64,000 nucleotides of DNA from Gemmatimonadota bacterium (GTDB taxonomy: Bacteria > JBHIER01 > G020348925), in NCBI GenBank assembly GCA_020348925.1, contig CP070758.1:4525775-4589774 (forward strand). Direction: 5' to 3'. The position numbers and the translations under genes were made by a program. Below the pieces are notes generated by a model. That model was given only the letters and a program-made list of their open reading frames with translations, did not search any database and was not told where the DNA came from. Within the stretch, counting starts at the first letter, position 1. Every line of letters starts with the position of its first letter. Below are positions 57,253-64,000 of the stretch, piece after piece.

Positions 57253-59601
57253 ATGTTTAAAAACTACCTAAAAATCGCATTGAGGAACATGGAACGGCAC
57301 AAAGGATATTCTTTGATCAACATCTTTGGTCTTGCCGTTGGTATGAGCTGCATGATTCTCATACTGTTATGGATTCAGGATGAACTCAGTTATGATAGGT
57401 TTCATAAGAATGCTAAGGAGATTTATCGACTCGTTCCCCAGGAAAGTGGAATACGATATGCGGTATCTCACGCACCGATTGGTCATACCTTAAAAGAAGA
57501 TTATTCTGAAATAGTAAGTGCCTCACGAGTTAGTATTGGTGAGGATCGGTCTCTTTTAAAATATCAGGATAAACGATTCGAGCAAAATGGGAAAATGGTT
57601 GATCCTGATTTTTTGAAGATCTTTTCATTTTCATTTGTCAAAGGTAATCCCGATACCGCTCTAAATGATCCAACTGCGATAGTCCTTTCAGAGAGTCTTG
57701 CAAAAAAGCTTTTCGATAATAAAGAGCCAATCGGAGAAATTATTCACGTTGATGATCATATTGTTTGTAAAGTAACTGGTGTTTTTGAGAATATCCCACA
57801 TAACTCTCATTTGCAATTCGATTTTTTACGTCCATTTGTGGAAGGGGAGTGGTCTCAAAATTGGAATGATTGGTCTTATTACACCTACATTCAACTTCAA
57901 AAAAACAGTTCGATCTTAGAAATGAATCAAAAGATAAATGATTGTTTTAAAAAACATAAATCACCGGCTAAGAACATCGCAGAATACACAATCCAACCTT
58001 TAAATCGAATCCATCTTTATTCGAACTTCAAGTTTGATGTCGAAGGAAATAGTGATATTCAATATGTGTATATCTTTACAATCATTGCGATATTTATTTT
58101 GCTGATCGCCTGCATCAATTTCATGAACCTTTCCACAGCTCGTTCTGCTAATCGAGCCAAAGAGATTGGAATCAGAAAAGTTGTTGGCTCGGCAAGACTC
58201 CAAGTAATGAAGCAATTTTTTGGTGAATCAATTCTTATAGCCTTTTTGGCCTTTATCATCGCTATATTTTTAGTAGTGTTTTTACTGCCCATATTCAATG
58301 ACTTCTCCGGGAAGCACTTGTCATTCAATTACCTTGAGTATCCTCTTATCCTGAGCTCCATTGCTATCATTATTATAACTGGGATTGTCGCCGGTAGTTA
58401 TCCAGCAATACTGCTCTCATCTCATAAACCAATAAATGTGTTAAGAACGACAACGAAATTAGACAGCAAGGGTGAGAATTTTAGAAAGATATTGGTCGTC
58501 ACCCAATTTACACTTTCAATTGGCTTAATAATAAGCACAATGGTCGTGGCAAACCAATTTAATTTTATGAAAAATGCTAAATTGGGCTTTGACAAAGAAA
58601 ATTTGCTATATCTACAATTAAGAGGGATTAACAGAGAAAAAATTGAATCGTTGAAAACCGAATTACTTCGCCACCCCAATATCGTAAATGCCTCAGTATC
58701 AAATTCCCTTCTCAATGAAATGTTGAATGGAACTTCCGGTGCGGAATGGGAAGGTAAGGCGGAAGATAAAAGGGTACAAATGCAGTTTATTGCAGTCGAC
58801 TATGATTACATGGATACGTTCAAAATGCAAATGGCGCAAGGAAGATTTTTTTCGAAAGAATTTGCAACTGATATTAAGGAAGCTGTGATATTAAATCAAG
58901 CTGCAATAAAGGCAATGGAACTGGAATCTCCAATTGGAAAACGGTTCAAATGTTTTTGGAAACCCGATGCAAGAATAATTGGAGTGATAAAAGACTTTCA
59001 TTACAGACCTCTGCGTGAAGAATTGAAACCTATTATTTTGGGAGTTGTGAGTGATCGCATCAATTACCTTACGATCAGAACAAAGCCGATCCAGTCCGGT
59101 GTTTCGGATCTGATTCACTTCTTAGAGAACAAGTGGAAAGAATATAATTACGATTATCCTTTTGAATTCCATTTTTTGGACGACACAATTGACGAACTTT
59201 ATGCAGCAGAACAGCGGATGAGCACAATCTATAAATACTTTACTTTTCTTGCAATATGCATTGCTTGTCTTGGACTGTTTGGATTGGCTTCCTATTCAGC
59301 CGAACGACGCACCAAAGAAATCGGTATCCGAAAAGTAATGGGAGCTTCAGTACCGGGAATTATAGGCATGCTAACCAAAGATTTTTTAAAATGGGTTTTA
59401 TTTTCCAACATCATCGCCTGGCCCATCGCCTGGTATGCCATGAATACATGGCTGCAGAATTTTGCATATCGAGTGAATATTGGAATCTGGACATTTATTT
59501 TATCTGCGTCATTGGCATTAATCATTGCACTGGTTACGGTGAGTTATCAATCGATGAAAGCAGCTCTGGCCAATCCGGTGGAGAGTTTAAGCTATGAATA
59601 G
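57253..59601 (+). CDS. Duplicated MacB/FtsX-type ABC permease, copy 6
   Basis: GAGGAG RBS then MFKNYLKIALRN; ends NPVESLSYE. Confidence 0.92.
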   Translation: MFKNYLKIALRNMERHKGYSLINIFGLAVGMSCMILILLWIQDELSYDRFHKNAKEIYRLVPQESGIRYAVSHAPIGHTLKEDYSEIVSASRVSIGEDRSLLKYQDKRFEQNGKMVDPDFLKIFSFSFVKGNPDTALNDPTAIVLSESLAKKLFDNKEPIGEIIHVDDHIVCKVTGVFENIPHNSHLQFDFLRPFVEGEWSQNWNDWSYYTYIQLQKNSSILEMNQKINDCFKKHKSPAKNIAEYTIQPLNRIHLYSNFKFDVEGNSDIQYVYIFTIIAIFILLIACINFMNLSTARSANRAKEIGIRKVVGSARLQVMKQFFGESILIAFLAFIIAIFLVVFLLPIFNDFSGKHLSFNYLEYPLILSSIAIIIITGIVAGSYPAILLSSHKPINVLRTTTKLDSKGENFRKILVVTQFTLSIGLIISTMVVANQFNFMKNAKLGFDKENLLYLQLRGINREKIESLKTELLRHPNIVNASVSNSLLNEMLNGTSGAEWEGKAEDKRVQMQFIAVDYDYMDTFKMQMAQGRFFSKEFATDIKEAVILNQAAIKAMELESPIGKRFKCFWKPDARIIGVIKDFHYRPLREELKPIILGVVSDRINYLTIRTKPIQSGVSDLIHFLENKWKEYNYDYPFEFHFLDDTIDELYAAEQRMSTIYKYFTFLAICIACLGLFGLASYSAERRTKEIGIRKVMGASVPGIIGMLTKDFLKWVLFSNIIAWPIAWYAMNTWLQNFAYRVNIGIWTFILSASLALIIALVTVSYQSMKAALANPVESLSYE

Positions 59602-59637
59602 ACCAAACTAACAAAACCACGCCAACGGAGAGAGATC

Positions 59638-61959
59638 ATGTTCCATAATTACTTCAAAGTAGCCTTGCGAAATATCCGTAGGAATACAAAATACTCATTG
59701 ATCAACTTGACCGGACTGGGTATGGGTATCGCCTGTTCGCTTTTCATTTTTGTCTACGTTCAGGACGAGTTTAGCTACGACCGGTTTCATAACGATATCG
59801 GAACCGTCTATCAGGTTCTGTCCCACACCGACGTAGGGAACAATGCGGTTACTCCGGTGCCTCTGGGCCCGGTGTTGAAGGACGAATTTCCCGAAATAGA
59901 AAAGATGACCAGGTACCACTGGATGTGGGGGGAAACCGTATTGAGTCATGGCGACAAGACCTTCGTCGAAAACGGGATTCGCCTCGTCGATCCCTCCTTT
60001 TTCAGCATCTTTGCCTTTCCTTTCCTCAAAGGGGATCCTCAAACAGCATTGGACGACATCCATTCTATTGTCATCAGCGAGGAAACTGCCCGTAAGTATT
60101 TTGCCCATGGGGATCCCATCGGGAAAATACTTACTATGAACCACGAGCATGAGTTCGTCGTTACCGGAGTGATTGAAAATATTCCTCACAATTCGACGCT
60201 TCAATTCGATATGGTAATCCCCATTGAATTCAACATAACTCACTTCGACAGCTGGTACCAGGACTGGAATAATCTCTTCGTTTACACGTTTATTCAGTGC
60301 AGGAAAACGAGCCGGGTCGATGTGGTCAATGACAAGATTGCCGCAACGGTCACCAGACATGGGGGTCAAGAGAATCTAACCCTCTCGGTACTACCCTTTG
60401 CGGATCGGCACTTTTTCTTCTTCGCCGAGAAACAGACAGTATACGCCTTCTTGACCATTGCAGTTTTTATTCTCTTCATCGGATGTTTCAATTTCATGAA
60501 CCTGGCAACAGCCCGGTCCACCAAGAGGGCCGCGGAAATTGGAATGAGGAAAATCGTAGGAGCGCATCGTAAACAGATCGTATATCAATTTCTGGGAGAA
60601 TCCCTTCTTTTGACATTGATGGCAGGCTGCATCGCCGTCTTGATTTTCATTTTTCTGTTCCCACTCTTTCGAAATATCACCGGCAAAGAGATTGACATAT
60701 CGTATGCTTTTGTGCTCTGGTGTTCCTCGGCGGTCACACTCTTCACGGGTTTTGCCGCAGGAAGCTATCCCGCCTTTTTTCTTTCAAACTTCAAGGATCT
60801 CAATGTCTTGAGAGGCAATTATGCATCAGGCTCCAGAGGACAATGCTTGAGAAAAACTATTGTAACGGTTCAATTCACACTGTCGATTCTCCTTATGCTG
60901 GGCATGTGTGTCGTGTACCAACAGACACAATACATCCTGAACAAAGATATTGGATATAATAGAGACAATATTATCAGTATCCCCATGGGAGGTGGAAGCG
61001 AAAAGTACTTTCAAACCTTTAAAAATGAATTGCTCAAGGATCCTGAAATTTTAGGGGTAACAGGTACGGCAGCGGCCCTGCCTTTTGTGAACTGGCGGAT
61101 TCATGGGTTCCAGTGGCAGGGAAAAGACCCCGACGCAAAGATATCCATCAGTTTCAATGCGGTTGATTATGATTTCTTTGAGACGCTGCAAATCAATATT
61201 GTAGATGGCGGGAGTTTCACCAAAGAGTCCTTTTCCGAAAACACATTTTCTCTCATCGTCAATGAAGAAATGGCGAAGCTGATGAGATTGAATTCGGTCA
61301 TAGGCGCTTCCCTGACCCGAGGGGAACAGTCAGGAACAGTCATTGGCGTTGTTGAAAATTTTCATTTCAATCCCCTCCGCTATCATATCGAGCCTCTTGT
61401 TCTCCAACTCGATCCCAGAGAAATTGATAATGTCCTGATTCGTGTTCAACCGGAAAACCTCTCCTCCACCCTCTCTTTCATTGAGGATACATGGAAAGAA
61501 GTTATTCCCCACTACCCCTTTCAATACAGTTTACTCGATGAAGATTATGAGAGAAATCTATTCAGCCTGAAAAGAACTGGATATTTGCTTGCCGCTTTCT
61601 CTATTTTAGCCATTATCATTTCCTGTCTCGGTCTCTTCGGTCTATCGTCCCATGCCGCCGAACAGCGGACAAAGGAGATCGGCATACGTAAAGTACTCGG
61701 TGCCTCAATTTTCAGTATCGTACGGTATATATCGAAAGAATTAGTGATCCTTGTGGTGATCGCAAATTTACTCGTCTGGCCTGTGGCGTATTATGTCATG
61801 AGCACATGGCTGCGAAACTTCGCATACAGAACCAGTATCGAATGGTGGATCTTTCTGCTGGCCGGAGGGTCGGCTGTATGTATCGCGATTTTGACAGTGA
61901 GCGTTCAATCGGTGAAGGCGGCAGTGGCGAATCCGGTGAAAAGTCTGAGATATGAGTAA
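59638..61959 (+). CDS. Duplicated MacB/FtsX-type ABC permease, copy 7
   Basis: Same family motifs; ends NPVKSLRYE. Confidence 0.92.
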   Translation: MFHNYFKVALRNIRRNTKYSLINLTGLGMGIACSLFIFVYVQDEFSYDRFHNDIGTVYQVLSHTDVGNNAVTPVPLGPVLKDEFPEIEKMTRYHWMWGETVLSHGDKTFVENGIRLVDPSFFSIFAFPFLKGDPQTALDDIHSIVISEETARKYFAHGDPIGKILTMNHEHEFVVTGVIENIPHNSTLQFDMVIPIEFNITHFDSWYQDWNNLFVYTFIQCRKTSRVDVVNDKIAATVTRHGGQENLTLSVLPFADRHFFFFAEKQTVYAFLTIAVFILFIGCFNFMNLATARSTKRAAEIGMRKIVGAHRKQIVYQFLGESLLLTLMAGCIAVLIFIFLFPLFRNITGKEIDISYAFVLWCSSAVTLFTGFAAGSYPAFFLSNFKDLNVLRGNYASGSRGQCLRKTIVTVQFTLSILLMLGMCVVYQQTQYILNKDIGYNRDNIISIPMGGGSEKYFQTFKNELLKDPEILGVTGTAAALPFVNWRIHGFQWQGKDPDAKISISFNAVDYDFFETLQINIVDGGSFTKESFSENTFSLIVNEEMAKLMRLNSVIGASLTRGEQSGTVIGVVENFHFNPLRYHIEPLVLQLDPREIDNVLIRVQPENLSSTLSFIEDTWKEVIPHYPFQYSLLDEDYERNLFSLKRTGYLLAAFSILAIIISCLGLFGLSSHAAEQRTKEIGIRKVLGASIFSIVRYISKELVILVVIANLLVWPVAYYVMSTWLRNFAYRTSIEWWIFLLAGGSAVCIAILTVSVQSVKAAVANPVKSLRYE

Positions 61960-61975
61960 ACACCGAGGCATTATC

Positions 61976-62908
61976 ATGAACAGATTTTTATCCATTTTAT
62001 ATTTATTGCTTTTAACGCCAGTGACAGTGTGTCCGCAGGCAAAGGAATTTCCAAAACTCACTGGTTTTTATCTTGGCCAAACACCGCCGGGTAAAACCCC
62101 GGTTGCGTTTCCGTTTGATTATATGCTGGAGGGGTATCGACTTCACAGTGCACCGGTCTTCACACCCGACGGCAGAGAGGTCTATTTCTCTGCAATGGAT
62201 TTCAGTATTCGATACTCCGAAAAAATATTTGTCATGAAAATGATCGATAGTACCTGGACTCCTCCCCAGATCGCTTCGTTTTCAGGAGATTCTTTTGATG
62301 GCTCACCTTCAATATCCAGAGATGGTAAATATTTGTTTTTCTCTTCGGCAAGGAAACTGGATGAAGACGGGATGAATGAAACCGGGCATAGAAATATCTG
62401 GTATGTGACAAGAATGGGCCAAGAGTGGAGTTCACCAAAACCACTCAGTTATAGGACAACAGGATGGGAAAACGGGAGCGATCTTTCAGAACGGGGAAAT
62501 CTTTTTTTCGACTCGTCCGACATTTATTCAATAAAATTTCCTCCGGATGAAAAATACACCGCTGAAAAATTAGGGAGTGCCATAAACTCCAGCGCAACCG
62601 AACTACATCCATGTGTTGCATCGGATGAACGTTTCATTGTCTTTTATTCAAGCAGACCAGGTCATTTTGGAGAAAGAGGAGGTGATTTATACATCAGTTT
62701 TCGAAATAACGACGGAACATGGAAACAGGCAATAAACATTGGGAAACAATTCAACAGGGGACATCTCTCGACCAGTTTTCCTCGCCTCTCGCCCGACGGG
62801 AAATATTTTTTCTTTCTCAAGCTCATAGCTGTCCCCTGGCAGTGCGAGGTGTTCTGGGTCTCGGTGGATGCGCTCACTGATTTGGACAAACAGTCAGATA
62901 GGAACTGA
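61976..62908 (+). CDS. Exported PD40/TolB-like beta-propeller protein
   Basis: YLGQTPPGKTP, PVFTPDGREVYFS, PSISRDGKYLFFSS, PRLSPDGKYFFF; signal peptide. Confidence 0.8.
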   Translation: MNRFLSILYLLLLTPVTVCPQAKEFPKLTGFYLGQTPPGKTPVAFPFDYMLEGYRLHSAPVFTPDGREVYFSAMDFSIRYSEKIFVMKMIDSTWTPPQIASFSGDSFDGSPSISRDGKYLFFSSARKLDEDGMNETGHRNIWYVTRMGQEWSSPKPLSYRTTGWENGSDLSERGNLFFDSSDIYSIKFPPDEKYTAEKLGSAINSSATELHPCVASDERFIVFYSSRPGHFGERGGDLYISFRNNDGTWKQAINIGKQFNRGHLSTSFPRLSPDGKYFFFLKLIAVPWQCEVFWVSVDALTDLDKQSDRN

Positions 62909-62910
62909 AC

Positions 62911-63768
62911 ATGAGATTCCTTATTCTACTATTACTTTTATGTAATGTTATTCTATGCGTCCCTTTCGAAATCAGAAGCCAAGAAAAACCGATCGATCCC
63001 GGAAGCATTTCGTTCACGATTCTTTACAATGATGTGCCCTTGAACGAATCGTTTATCGGCGATCAGGGTTTTTCATGTTTCATTGAGATCCCTGACCATG
63101 CCTTTTTGTTCGATGCGGGCAGAATCGCTGAGCATCTTGCTCGAAATACAGAGAAATCTGGGATAGATTGTTCCAAGATAGATTTTATTTTCATTTCTCA
63201 TCTTCATTCCGATCACATCGGAGGATTACCCGGTATTATTGAGAAATGTGACAGACCCCTATTATATCTTCCGTTTTCATTTCCCAAAACGCAAACTGCG
63301 AAAGGACGGACGTTTATTGTTGAAAGACTTGATAGAGTAAAACGGTATGTTTCTGATGTTGTCGAGATAAAGGAACCGGTCAAACTGAACGAGTATTTCT
63401 ATTCAACAGGAATGATTGAGGATCGAACATACGAGCAGGCGTTCATCATCACGACAACGAAAGGATTGATGATAGTAACAGGATGTTCCCATCCGGGAAT
63501 TGTAGAAATTGTTCGGCGTGCCAAAACATTCATGAAGAGAGAAGTATATTTTGTAATGGGTGGATTTCACCTCGCTGCTACAGATTCCGAAGAAGTAAAA
63601 AGTATTGCCACTGAATTAAGGGGATTAACAAAATTTATAGCTCCGTGTCACTGCACCGGTGAAGCAGCACAAGAAACATTCAGATCTGTTTTTAGGGAAG
63701 ATTACATCGAAATAAAAACGGGTCTCACGTTCAAAGTTGTCGCGAAGAACGAAAATGTAATTGATTAA
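62911..63768 (+). CDS. Exported metallo-beta-lactamase-fold hydrolase
   Basis: LFDAG, ISHLHSDHIGG (HxHxDH), TGCSHPG, GGFHL, PCHCTG; signal peptide. Confidence 0.88.
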   Translation: MRFLILLLLLCNVILCVPFEIRSQEKPIDPGSISFTILYNDVPLNESFIGDQGFSCFIEIPDHAFLFDAGRIAEHLARNTEKSGIDCSKIDFIFISHLHSDHIGGLPGIIEKCDRPLLYLPFSFPKTQTAKGRTFIVERLDRVKRYVSDVVEIKEPVKLNEYFYSTGMIEDRTYEQAFIITTTKGLMIVTGCSHPGIVEIVRRAKTFMKREVYFVMGGFHLAATDSEEVKSIATELRGLTKFIAPCHCTGEAAQETFRSVFREDYIEIKTGLTFKVVAKNENVID

Positions 63769-64000
63769 AAAGTATTACAAAATAAAAAATTACGGCGAAA
63801 AAGGAGATCTGAGGGTATTCTGGGTATCTGCAAAAATCATTGACGAAATTAGAACAAAAGAAAACAAGGGATAATTATCTTGCAGGAGTATCACAATGAA
63901 ATTTTCTGGTTCCACCAACATGTAGGCGGTCGTAACTTGAATACTTTTCAATGAAAAGTACTCTTGATCGCGACAGCCATAGAGATTTCTATTGATGGCT

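Noticed and set aside
44659-61959. Diversity-generating retroelement or integron as the source of permease diversity
   Set aside because: No reverse transcriptase, template/variable repeat pair, integrase or attC-like sites were seen, and the spacers between copies are dissimilar.
1-64000. CRISPR array, tRNA or rRNA genes
   Set aside because: No regularly spaced direct repeats, cloverleaf or rRNA-like conserved blocks were seen by eye; not confirmed by software.
63896-64000. Start of a further CDS (MKFSGSTNM*, or a frameshifted MKVLLIATAIEISIDG)
   Set aside because: The in-frame ORFs are tiny and the longer reading needs a frameshift; too little sequence to support a call.

Overview
Draft or metagenome-type bacterial sequence with three exact 100-N placeholders (28467-28566, 37756-37855, 43990-44089), so adjacency across those gaps is not guaranteed. 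Gene content suggests an uncultured FCB-superphylum anaerobe (PorV-like barrel, 'YPNPFNP' C-terminal sorting domains, dockerins); this assignment is an inference. Four blocks stand out. (1) 0.8-12.9 kb: an acyl-CoA dehydrogenase, EtfBA and FadF/EMO-type beta-oxidation electron-transfer cluster. It is interrupted by a six-gene respiratory module (7-heme cytochrome c, NrfC, NrfD, Tat-exported molybdopterin subunit, beta-propeller, 6-heme cytochrome c) whose Mo subunit appears to have Gly where a Cys ligand is expected. (2) 20-44 kb: a two-cohesin scaffoldin-like protein with a T9SS-type C-terminal domain (CTD), four dockerin-tailed proteins plus a dockerin pseudogene, a C10 peptidase, and a CTD-cargo/PorV/OmpA triad. 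No cellulases are visible. (3) 27.0-28.5 kb: an apparently complete IS1111-type IS110 element. Its subterminal inverted repeats, circle-junction promoter, RBS-sequestering hairpin and a two-loop bridge-RNA-like 3' non-coding region, with guides matching its own target and donor junctions, can all be read from the sequence. (4) 44.6-62 kb: seven tandem duplicated MacB/FtsX-type permeases plus two collapsed remnants, with no ATPase in the window. All family assignments are motif-based, made by eye; no searches were run.
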